DNA of 64,000 bases, from positions 64,001-128,000 of the IMG/VR virus record IMGVR_UViG_3300043414_000372; one strand, written 5' to 3'. The notes beneath the pieces are model-generated. The model searched no databases. It was not told the origin of the DNA and saw nothing but the letters and a program-made list of their open reading frames with translations. The DNA is from a virus (Duplodnaviria; Caudoviricetes). Position 1 is the stretch's first letter; the number at the start of each line of letters is the position of its first letter. Of the stretch, positions 37,976 through 46,267 are shown piece by piece. The position numbers were made by a program, and so were the translations under genes.

Positions 37976-38350
37976 TTACGCAACCTTACGAAAATACTGA
38001 TAGGGCAAGCCCAGATCATAGCACAGATATTCCCAATCTCCATTGGCGTTGCTAGCATCCATGATCCAGCGTAATGCTGTTTCCCGATCACGGGCACCCA
38101 TGCAAATTGTATCGGTGACATGCTTCTCAAACTTCTCAATAGCATCGGCCTCAAAAACCTTACGCTGGTTCTCATTGTCAGCAATCACACGACCCAGGTA
38201 CTCAAACTCCTGCTGGAACTGTTCCAGAGTCCAAGTGCTGGTGTCAATACCACGAGGACGAATACCATGTGCGTCCTTGTACATATCCCAGAAAATAGAC
38301 TGGGCCTGCTCCAAGTCAGACATTTGTTCCCAAGTAGTGAATTCAGACAT
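37976..38350 (-). CDS. Hypothetical early protein
   Basis: Start moved to ATG 38350 behind the AGGAG of cassette f. Confidence 0.7.
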   Translation of the reverse strand: MSEFTTWEQMSDLEQAQSIFWDMYKDAHGIRPRGIDTSTWTLEQFQQEFEYLGRVIADNENQRKVFEADAIEKFEKHVTDTICMGARDRETALRWIMDASNANGDWEYLCYDLGLPYQYFRKVA

Positions 38351-38354
38351 ATTT

Positions 38355-38414
38355 GCTCCTTTAATCAATCTAAGCCTCTATTATAGACCCAAAACCATTT
38401 AATGTCAACCGAAA
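38355..38414 (-). repeat. 60 bp promoter/RBS cassette f, identical to 38936-38995
   Basis: TTTCGGTTGACATTAAATGGTTTTGGGTCTATAATAGAGGCTTAGATTGATTAAAGGAGC. Confidence 0.9.
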
Positions 38415-38614
38415 GCGTATGCCCTAACCCACTCAAATTTGGTGTCAGCCGGCACCCACTTGAACTCGGTCCGCTTACGATAGGTCTTCTCAAAGTCGCA
38501 GCAGATCATGATCCAACCCCGGTCAGGGCTGAAGCCTACCTTGCTGGCGGCCCGGACGATTTCAACCACCCTACCGTCTGTCATCTTTGCTACTGTGATC
38601 ATTGTGTGCTCCAT
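38405..38614 (-). CDS. Hypothetical early protein
   Basis: Behind cassette g; start may be slightly downstream (MITV...). Confidence 0.65.
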   Translation of the reverse strand: MEHTMITVAKMTDGRVVEIVRAASKVGFSPDRGWIMICCDFEKTYRKRTEFKWVPADTKFEWVRAYAFG

Positions 38615-38632
38615 TAATCAATCTAAGAGTAC

Positions 38633-38661
38633 ATTATATACCCAAAACCATTTAATGTCAA
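38633..38661 (-). promoter_or_regulatory. Early promoter cassette g
   Basis: TTGACATTAAATGGTTTTGGGTATATAAT. Confidence 0.8.
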
Positions 38662-38930
38662 TCCCGTTTCATTACATATTCAAACAGAATCCACTTAGCA
38701 CGATTCAGACATTGACGGGCATCTTCAGCCCGCATATAGTCAACATCACCGTACTCGGTGTTAACCATTTCTTGGGCGTCACTCATGAGGCTAGCAACCA
38801 TCATAGCAGGACCGGACAGTTTGAAAGTGATGCTAGATTCCACAGACTCACGCATACCTGCTACGGTCACGCCGTACATACGAACTTCACGTTTTTCTTG
38901 CTCTGTCAAACGGTCGTAAACTTGTGTCAT
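38658..38930 (-). CDS. Hypothetical early protein
   Basis: AGGAG RBS within cassette h. Confidence 0.7.
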   Translation of the reverse strand: MTQVYDRLTEQEKREVRMYGVTVAGMRESVESSITFKLSGPAMMVASLMSDAQEMVNTEYGDVDYMRAEDARQCLNRAKWILFEYVMKRD

Positions 38931-38935
38931 AACTA

Positions 38936-38995
38936 GCTCCTTTAATCAATCTAAGCCTCTATTATAGACCCAAAACCATTTAATGTCAACCGAAA
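38936..38995 (-). repeat. 60 bp promoter/RBS cassette h, identical to 38355-38414
   Basis: Exact duplicate by direct comparison. Confidence 0.9.
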
Positions 38996-39014
38996 TTTTA
39001 GCTATGGCCATAAG

Positions 39015-39040
39015 CAAAAACCCCCGATATCGGGGGTTTT
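39015..39040 (-). terminator. Rho-independent terminator
   Basis: AAAACCCCCG-ATAT-CGGGGGTTTTT; insulates the early cassette region from the upstream operon. Confidence 0.75.
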
Positions 39041-39917
39041 ATGCTAATTTCCACTTAATCATTTTGTAATGGGAAATACTATCCCTATTGCTAAATCTAA
39101 TTACAGTATCAAGTGTTATCTCGTGAAACTTGCCCCTATCATAAAAGTAATCCCACAAGTGCATCAATTCATTATTTGAATCAATTTCAATTTTGTAAGG
39201 TTTATTTTCATTATCTTTCAACCAATACTCTACAAATTTTCTACTTTTGCGTTTTACTGTAAATTTCTTAACTGGAGTAAGTGTTTTTATTGTAGATAAT
39301 GATATTTGTGATCCTTCAAATCTAGTATCTAGTTCTAAAAACATTTCATCTAGCCCAACATCATACTCATAGAATTCAGGCAAACGATACACTAATGGCA
39401 TCATTTCTTCTTTGACTACTTTACAATCACCATGAATGAATGTGTTTAAATCTTTTCTATAACTAGTTAGTTGTTGACCCTTCAAGGTAAACATCATAAG
39501 TTTCTTACTGTAATAGTCACGGATAACATTAGCCTTTTCTCTATCTTCCTGAATCATTTCTTTGAATAGTATTTCATCAGTAAGTTTAGTTGGTCTATTG
39601 CTAGGATTCATTATGTTACTAATACCATGACTAATTAATGGGCGCAATCTATGCCAAGTAACACTCAATGCTAAAATATCTTCGGATGTTTCAAACACCT
39701 CATATTTCTTAACATTTTTATTACCAAAAATATCCCAATCATTACTTGTACCATTCAATCCACTAAGTGTAAGTGAAGTTAATGGTTGAATGTTACCCAT
39801 TGTGATTGTATGGTGACTACCGTTGGTAGTGGCAATAACACCAGATGATCTAGGATTTCTTGCTGCGAATTGTTTTTGTATATTTGAATTAGCCAATTGT
39901 AATATCTTCCATTCCAC
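39039..39917 (-). CDS. Hypothetical protein
   Basis: Long ORF downstream of uvsY; start uncertain. Confidence 0.7.
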   Translation of the reverse strand: MEWKILQLANSNIQKQFAARNPRSSGVIATTNGSHHTITMGNIQPLTSLTLSGLNGTSNDWDIFGNKNVKKYEVFETSEDILALSVTWHRLRPLISHGISNIMNPSNRPTKLTDEILFKEMIQEDREKANVIRDYYSKKLMMFTLKGQQLTSYRKDLNTFIHGDCKVVKEEMMPLVYRLPEFYEYDVGLDEMFLELDTRFEGSQISLSTIKTLTPVKKFTVKRKSRKFVEYWLKDNENKPYKIEIDSNNELMHLWDYFYDRGKFHEITLDTVIRFSNRDSISHYKMIKWKLA

Positions 39918-40350
39918 TTGTGCGTAGTCGCACGATATGACCCATCTGCCATTGTTTGGCCTCTAGGCCCTTCATTATACCAAGCCAACGATTTCTAAGA
40001 TAAGCGACTTCGTTAATCAATACTTCCATATCAATTACTTCATCTTCGCCTTCAGCATACTTTTCAGCATCACGGCTTGTCAATGCTCTATTATACGCTT
40101 CTAAATATTTTTGAAAATGAGTTCGGCGAATCTTCTTTAATCTAATATTGAGCAAGTTAAGTACCGCTTCTACTTCTTGTAATTGATTGAATCTATGTTC
40201 GGTGACACCAGGAATAGCAGCAATGTTCTTTTCAACATTGCCGTATACCTTTACTTCTTTTTTTGCTTGTTCTAACTCAGATTCAAAGTGTTGAATGAAA
40301 TCAGGTATCTCACCTAAGTTCACTGATACTCTTGTATACCAATTTGACAT
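39889..40350 (-). CDS. uvsY: UvsY-like recombination mediator
   Basis: YLEAYNRALTSRDAEKY.EGE, GIMKGLEAKQWQMGHIVRLRTSGMED; next to uvsX. Confidence 0.85.
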   Translation of the reverse strand: MSNWYTRVSVNLGEIPDFIQHFESELEQAKKEVKVYGNVEKNIAAIPGVTEHRFNQLQEVEAVLNLLNIRLKKIRRTHFQKYLEAYNRALTSRDAEKYAEGEDEVIDMEVLINEVAYLRNRWLGIMKGLEAKQWQMGHIVRLRTSGMEDITIG

Positions 40351-40596
40351 TTAATCCCATTCGTCTAAATCTTCTTCTTCAAATTCTTCGTAATCATCTT
40401 CTTGGAAATGTTCTTCGGCGTAACCTTTTAATGCTTTAGTGATATCTTTGTCCTTGAAGGCATCTTTGATATCATCTATCTCATAATTATTATCAATTAA
40501 AAAATTGACAAGTGTATCTGCCGCATCATCACGTTCACTTAAATCAATATGTTCACGTAATGCATCCCAAACTTCTGATATAACATCTAAACTCAT
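40351..40596 (-). CDS. Hypothetical acidic protein
   Basis: ORF coupled between uvsX and uvsY. Confidence 0.7.
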   Translation of the reverse strand: MSLDVISEVWDALREHIDLSERDDAADTLVNFLIDNNYEIDDIKDAFKDKDITKALKGYAEEHFQEDDYEEFEEEDLDEWD

Positions 40597-41663
40597 TCTG
40601 TAACTTCCTCCGATGGTGTTGTTACATTACTTATCACACTTTTAGTTTTTCCAGTATATTCAAGCATAACCTTGTCAAGTATTCCGTCTTTATTGGCTTC
40701 CCAGCCCTTACGAAATGCTTTAAGAATTTCACCATCTTCAGTTACATAAACTAAACTGTTGCCTTCTTTCTTCAATGCATTAGACTTCTCAAGCATATCA
40801 GTTAAACCACTATAAGGACTCATGCCTGTTTCATATGGAATCTTAACTTGAATACTTTCAAAAGGTTTTGCATAGCGAGTTTTCATAATCTTACAAGCAG
40901 CACGAATACCATTTACTTCAGCAACCTTGTTACCATCTTCATCCTCTTTGAGTTTGAGTTTCTTCATAGCAACTACGATTGAACTTGCGTAAACAAATCC
41001 TTGACCACCAGAGATTTTATCATCTGGGTCAAACATATCTTGACTTGCATATGTGTGATTAGTAGCAACCAATCCTACATTGTGACTACCAAACATATTA
41101 ACACAGTTACGAACAAGTGCGGTTAGTGCTTTAGGCTTACGACCCATGTCACCCTTCATATCACCTGCTTCAAACTGATTAACGTCAGTCGGTGTCAATA
41201 GCATACCAAGACTGTCAATGACAAACAATACTTTTGGTTTATCATCTTCTGCCATTGCTTTGTATGACTTCATAAATTCTGATATAGTCTTACCCACATC
41301 ATCAATCATAGCCATGTTTAGTTTAAGCAATTTAGTTTCGCTTGTATCTACACCCAATGCGTGTAGCCATTTTTCATCTAAGGCGTTTTCGCTATCAATT
41401 AGTACAACGTAGATTCCTTGTTGTTGTGCGTGTCTGACGAGGTTTCCTGAGCAGATGAATGATTTTCCTGATCCAGACTCTCCGGCAAAGACAGTAACTT
41501 TACCAAGAGGAACGCCTTTATTAAAATCCCCACTGATGAGATAATTAAGTCCATAATTTCCTGTACTGATCCAATCTGTTGGATCGTTATATCCTATGCT
41601 AAGTCCCTCAATAGACTTAGTAATTTCTTTTCTAAATTTTGATACGTCAAATGGTTTTGCCAT
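40593..41663 (-). CDS. uvsX: UvsX/RecA-like recombinase
   Basis: ISTGNYGLN, FAGESGSGKS, IDSENALD, VIDSLG, SGGQG. Confidence 0.93.
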   Translation of the reverse strand: MAKPFDVSKFRKEITKSIEGLSIGYNDPTDWISTGNYGLNYLISGDFNKGVPLGKVTVFAGESGSGKSFICSGNLVRHAQQQGIYVVLIDSENALDEKWLHALGVDTSETKLLKLNMAMIDDVGKTISEFMKSYKAMAEDDKPKVLFVIDSLGMLLTPTDVNQFEAGDMKGDMGRKPKALTALVRNCVNMFGSHNVGLVATNHTYASQDMFDPDDKISGGQGFVYASSIVVAMKKLKLKEDEDGNKVAEVNGIRAACKIMKTRYAKPFESIQVKIPYETGMSPYSGLTDMLEKSNALKKEGNSLVYVTEDGEILKAFRKGWEANKDGILDKVMLEYTGKTKSVISNVTTPSEEVTE

Positions 41664-41683
41664 TGATAATCTCTCTTTCTTTG

Positions 41684-41914
41684 TTATCTGTAAGTTCCGT
41701 TATTATAAACGTTGAACGGTTGTTTATCAAGTATATCGGGACATTTTTCAGCAATTGAATCAATTTCCCAATCTTGCGGATAGTGACGTAGTGCGGCTCT
41801 TGCGCGGTCTCTGATTAAACTAGGTACACGTGGTGTACGTCCAGGATCACACAACTCCTCTAATAATTTTTTACCTTGCTTTAAGGCACGATATCTTTCG
41901 TCTGGTAATGTCAT
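41684..41914 (-). CDS. Hypothetical protein
   Basis: GGAG RBS; MTLPDERYRA...LRHYP. Confidence 0.7.
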   Translation of the reverse strand: MTLPDERYRALKQGKKLLEELCDPGRTPRVPSLIRDRARAALRHYPQDWEIDSIAEKCPDILDKQPFNVYNNGTYR

Positions 41915-41928
41915 AGTGTTCTCCTAAG

Positions 41929-41948
41929 ATAGGGGCCGTAGCCCCTAT
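41929..41948 (-). terminator. Stem-loop after ssb
   Basis: ATAGGGGC-TACG-GCCCCTAT. Confidence 0.6.
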
Positions 41949-41953
41949 TTAGA

Positions 41954-42964
41954 TTAAGACTTGTTTTGTCTAGCACGAATCATTGCTAGAATGTCTTGCG
42001 CTTTGTCACTTGACGGAGCCGCTGTAGGAACTACTACAGGTGAACTATTGAAAGTTGCTTCTGCTGCTCCAACATCTTCTTCCCAACCGGGTAGACTTGC
42101 AGGTGCTGCTGGAGCAGTACGAGTTGGCAAGGGTGCTGCTTCAGGAGATGCTCCACCTGCTGGAGCATCTAAGCCCCATGGGCGATAGTAGTTACCCCAA
42201 CGTTCGTTGTCGTATGGTTGACCATCTACTGATGCTTCAAACATTTCTTTCAAAATACGCAATTCAGCTTCACCTGGCTTCTTAGGCAAGAAGTCAGTTA
42301 GATTAAACAATCCATGTGCTTCAATTGCTGCTTGTTCAGCATCAGTCAATGCTGTTTCTCTACGTGCCCAATTACTTGTACTGTAATCAGCATAGCCACC
42401 TTTACTAGATTTCTTAATATTGAAATCAAGACCACGTGTATAGTCTGTAGGCAATTCCATAATTTCAGGATCAAGCAATCCACTCTTAATGATTGGGATA
42501 ATTTGTGGACTGATAACGAATCTACGAATTGGATTAACTGGTGTCTTGTCATCACCAAGTGGGTTTTGACGTACAAAGCCTTGAAAGATATAACTACGCT
42601 TCTTCCAATACTTGTTTGCCATTTCTTTCAATGTCTCATCTTTATACCAAGGGCGAACCTCAGCCAAGATAGGACAAGTTGAACCATCGTTGTACATTTC
42701 AACGCACGGGACTTGTACTACAATTTGTTTTACATTGCTATCACCTTTAACTCCATTGAATGGAAGTTTGATGATTTGTTTTTCTACCCAGAAGAATTCG
42801 TTCTTGGTGTCGCCATCAGGCAAGAAACGAATTGCGGCTGTTGTGCCTTCGTCCATATTCCAGTGGGGGTAGATAGAATTATCTGATTGGGTGTTAGAAC
42901 CCTTTGTATTTGATTTTGTGTCTTGCGCTGCGATACGTGCGCGGATTTCTGCTAATGATGCCAT
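41954..42964 (-). CDS. Single-stranded DNA-binding protein (gp32-like)
   Basis: AAIRFLP, VPCVEMY...CPIL, DYTRGLDFNIKK, YADYSTS.W motifs. Confidence 0.88.
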   Translation of the reverse strand: MASLAEIRARIAAQDTKSNTKGSNTQSDNSIYPHWNMDEGTTAAIRFLPDGDTKNEFFWVEKQIIKLPFNGVKGDSNVKQIVVQVPCVEMYNDGSTCPILAEVRPWYKDETLKEMANKYWKKRSYIFQGFVRQNPLGDDKTPVNPIRRFVISPQIIPIIKSGLLDPEIMELPTDYTRGLDFNIKKSSKGGYADYSTSNWARRETALTDAEQAAIEAHGLFNLTDFLPKKPGEAELRILKEMFEASVDGQPYDNERWGNYYRPWGLDAPAGGASPEAAPLPTRTAPAAPASLPGWEEDVGAAEATFNSSPVVVPTAAPSSDKAQDILAMIRARQNKS

Positions 42965-43043
42965 AATATATATTCCTTATAAATTGAGATGGTCTCGTTT
43001 TTAAATTCGCCGCTTCACCATGAAACGACTAACACGATGAGAT

Positions 43044-43072
43044 AGTATAGCAGTACTTTCTTCTCATGTCAA
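43044..43072 (-). promoter_or_regulatory. Sigma70 promoter for ssb (TTGACA-17-TATACT)
   Basis: TTGACATGAGAAGAAAGTACTGCTATACT. Confidence 0.75.
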
Positions 43073-43094
43073 TAGTATTTATGCCTGATATGGC

Positions 43095-43120
43095 AAACCT
43101 CACCTTTTAAGTGAGGTTTT
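43095..43120. terminator. Stem-loop after dioxygenase gene
   Basis: AAACCTCAC...GTGAGGTTT inverted repeat. Confidence 0.55.
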
Positions 43121-43137
43121 TGATAGGTAATTTACCC

Positions 43138-43968
43138 TTATAATTTAACTGATTGTATTTCGGCTACTGTGAATGTATCTCTATTTGGTTCTTGTTCAAA
43201 CTTCTTAAAGAATCTTCTGTACCCATTTGGATCATTTTTAATAAATCTTTTTTTGGTTTCCCCACCTGATAAAAATTTATGTTTATCAATAATTGATTTA
43301 CTACTGCTACACCTAATGCTTAATGCTATTCGGTTATTATTATTTTCGGCTGTCTTGTGAATACAATCTCCGCGTTGAATTAATATATCACCTTCTTCAA
43401 TTTTCGGGATAATTTTGGTTTTAAATATATTGCCATTAATTTCTATTTTTTCATCTGTGTTGTCATCAACAATGGTAGTTTTAGTTTCGGAACTACTATA
43501 AAATCTTTGAGCACCTTTACCAATGATATATTTTTCAGTTTCGTTTGGGAACTTTTTCCTAAGCGCACCATGTGGTAATATCATAACACCATCTTCTTTG
43601 GCATTTGGTTTTACTATGGGAATCCAAAAATTTAAACTATTAATTGCGTCTTGCCATTTATAGAATACTTGATAGTCCTGATGCCATTCTAAGGTTACTA
43701 ATTCAGTATCAAAATATTCTCCATGAGCATTTACAATATCCAATTGAATTGAAGTTTGTTGTGATATGTCATTTAAAATATTTTTTATTTTATGTGACAA
43801 TGAATGTTTTGGTGCGGGTATTATATAATAGTTTTTATTTATACTTCCCCTAGATGATTTTACTTCATCATATTCTTGTTTTAAAAGTTTTAGTTCAGAT
43901 GAGTCTATAACATTTTTCAATACGACAAACCCATCTTCTTCTAAAGATTTAAAATTTGGCAAAGCCAT
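43138..43968 (-). CDS. Phytanoyl-CoA dioxygenase (PhyH)-family 2OG-Fe(II) dioxygenase
   Basis: EDGFVVLKNVI, WHQD (HxD), NFWIP, GDILIQRGDCIHKT, RIALSIR. Confidence 0.82.
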   Translation of the reverse strand: MALPNFKSLEEDGFVVLKNVIDSSELKLLKQEYDEVKSSRGSINKNYYIIPAPKHSLSHKIKNILNDISQQTSIQLDIVNAHGEYFDTELVTLEWHQDYQVFYKWQDAINSLNFWIPIVKPNAKEDGVMILPHGALRKKFPNETEKYIIGKGAQRFYSSSETKTTIVDDNTDEKIEINGNIFKTKIIPKIEEGDILIQRGDCIHKTAENNNNRIALSIRCSSSKSIIDKHKFLSGGETKKRFIKNDPNGYRRFFKKFEQEPNRDTFTVAEIQSVKL

Positions 43969-43971
43969 TTA

Positions 43972-46248
43972 TTACTTTCTAATGATTCTTAGAATAGCGT
44001 CTAAGTCCTCTTGACCTTCTTTGACTTCATCTTTTGGTATAGCTTGTTTTGCTAAATGCTTTGCCCTAGAATGACCACTGTGTTCAGAACCATCACTACC
44101 TTTAGAGTCTTTAGATTTTGATTCTTTCTTTTCACGTTCAGCAGCTTCATCATCAGTTTCCCAAGGTTCGGTTGTTTCATCTAATGTAGTATTACCAATA
44201 TTGGTATCTTTCATATTTGGCTCATGCTTTGGCTTTTCTAATCTCTTTAACATCCTTGATATTTTGTCATGGATGTTGCCAACTTTATCTTCTGGCTCAA
44301 AGTCATGTTCAAATTCATTAGCGCCAGGATTGCGGCCGCGCATTGCATGTTGAGTATGTTCACCCTCATCCATTTCACCTTCTTTAGCCATAGCAGCTTG
44401 AATAGGGTTTTTCCAATCTTGCTTTAACATTGGAACAACTTCATCCCATGCTTCTTTACCGGCTGCTTTGGCATCTTGACCAAATTGTTTCGCGCCTGCA
44501 ACGCCTTTCTTAATAGAATCAAGTACGCCTTCAGCCATTTCATCTTCTTCAGATACAACAGCCTGGTCAGCTTGATTGATAAAGTTTTCGTTGGCCGCAC
44601 CTCGTGATTGTTCCCATTGGTCATATACTGTTTCATAAGCACTATATAATGCATCAATTTCGGGTATACTAAGATCATACTTGTCAGGGAAATCACCTAT
44701 TGCTGACATTGCTTTGTCAACAGAATCATTGAATTTATTGTTTCTAATTCCGTATTTTGCTATATTGAACCAAGCTGTTTTTATAGGATCACCATAGTGA
44801 CCAACCTTTGCCCAGTTTCCTACTTCTCGTAGACCCAAATCAATTGGTGGATTTTCACCAGCCATTTTTTCATTATATGCGGCTAAACTTGCAACTTGAT
44901 CTTCATGTGAGCCTTCATCCATACTTGTTACACCTGCAGGACCTCTATCATCTTTGACACCACCGGCTTTATTCAATGCTGCACGGTCAGCATAGCTACC
45001 ACGCTTAACAAGTTTAGCAGCAGCTTTGATATCTGGTGTTTGATTTTTCTTTTCAACATGCTTTAATGGATCAAACGAACTTTCATCAACTTCTTTTGCT
45101 GGTGTCGCAGGTATTTTTTGATTACCTCTAGGATCATCTTTAAATCTTTTTAAAGAAGCACCTGTATTGATAGCTTCGTCAACTTCTTCCCCTTCAGGAA
45201 TACCAACTGGATTGTTAGATTTAATACTCTCATCTTCAACTAAACTATCAGCCCACTCTGCTAACTTGTTCATCTCTTTATCAACAACTGATTCAGATAC
45301 TTTCTTGTGTATTCTATTCAATATTGGCATTACGCTTTCAATGCGTGGATCTAATGTTTCTTGTACAAACAATTCGTTTAGATTGTTTTCTTCAGTTCCA
45401 TCTTCCATCAATGATGGTGTCCAATTTTCAAAGTAACTATTGTAACCACGTTTACCAGTCATACGACTTAATGATTCACGCAGACTTACATAGTGTTCTA
45501 GTCCTTCGTTTACTAATGCTTGTGCTGATTCGTTGAATTGTCCATTACGTGTAGCACGAACAAATCCAGCCATCTTTTGATATTCTTCACAAAGATTACC
45601 AATGTGACTCCAACGGTCATCATTGACTTTACCGCCTTCAGCAATATGTCTAGCATAAACACGGGCAATACCTGGCTTCTTAGTATCAAGTAAATAGCGT
45701 TCACCATCTTGATTCTCTAAGAAAATTCTATTGATGTTGCGATAGCGTTGTTCACCTTCTTCAATGACACGGCTATGTTCAATAACAATCTTTACGCTAG
45801 GTACAGCATCACTGTAACTGCGACTCTTACCCATTGGGTAGTAACCCTCTGCTATTTTATCTTTGTTTCTCATATGGTTCCTTCTTGCCATGTCATCTCC
45901 GACTCGGTCTTTGTTTTTTGTGTCAAATCCTTTAAGTCCCTTGGTCATTCTCCAAGCACTTAATTGATCATGTAATCCCCACCAAGTGTCATCATACCCC
46001 AATCCTGGGGTTATATCATCAGGACTATCAGATACATCATCACCGTAATATACAGTTAATACACGGTCCTCATCTATTGTTACATAAACTGTTCCGTAAT
46101 CTTCCCCGTCTTTAGTGAATTCAAATTTGAAAACGTCTGCTTCTTCTGGTACAGGGGTAACTTTACCCCCAGCATCTAATGGTTTTGGTTTATATTTAGA
46201 CAATAATCTAAACAATTCGCGGTTTAATGATTCTGAATTTGTTGGCAT
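43972..46248 (-). CDS. Large acidic hypothetical protein next to terminase, possible internal head protein
   Basis: 758 aa; many (L/V/M)xE sites; late promoter at 46254-46260. Confidence 0.6.
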   Translation of the reverse strand: MPTNSESLNRELFRLLSKYKPKPLDAGGKVTPVPEEADVFKFEFTKDGEDYGTVYVTIDEDRVLTVYYGDDVSDSPDDITPGLGYDDTWWGLHDQLSAWRMTKGLKGFDTKNKDRVGDDMARRNHMRNKDKIAEGYYPMGKSRSYSDAVPSVKIVIEHSRVIEEGEQRYRNINRIFLENQDGERYLLDTKKPGIARVYARHIAEGGKVNDDRWSHIGNLCEEYQKMAGFVRATRNGQFNESAQALVNEGLEHYVSLRESLSRMTGKRGYNSYFENWTPSLMEDGTEENNLNELFVQETLDPRIESVMPILNRIHKKVSESVVDKEMNKLAEWADSLVEDESIKSNNPVGIPEGEEVDEAINTGASLKRFKDDPRGNQKIPATPAKEVDESSFDPLKHVEKKNQTPDIKAAAKLVKRGSYADRAALNKAGGVKDDRGPAGVTSMDEGSHEDQVASLAAYNEKMAGENPPIDLGLREVGNWAKVGHYGDPIKTAWFNIAKYGIRNNKFNDSVDKAMSAIGDFPDKYDLSIPEIDALYSAYETVYDQWEQSRGAANENFINQADQAVVSEEDEMAEGVLDSIKKGVAGAKQFGQDAKAAGKEAWDEVVPMLKQDWKNPIQAAMAKEGEMDEGEHTQHAMRGRNPGANEFEHDFEPEDKVGNIHDKISRMLKRLEKPKHEPNMKDTNIGNTTLDETTEPWETDDEAAEREKKESKSKDSKGSDGSEHSGHSRAKHLAKQAIPKDEVKEGQEDLDAILRIIRK

Positions 46249-46267
46249 AATTGTATTTATCTTAAAC

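Noticed and set aside
35033-38995. CRISPR array
   Set aside because: Repeats are promoter/RBS elements separated by 70-2000 bp of mostly coding DNA, not 25-45 nt spacers; no cas operon.
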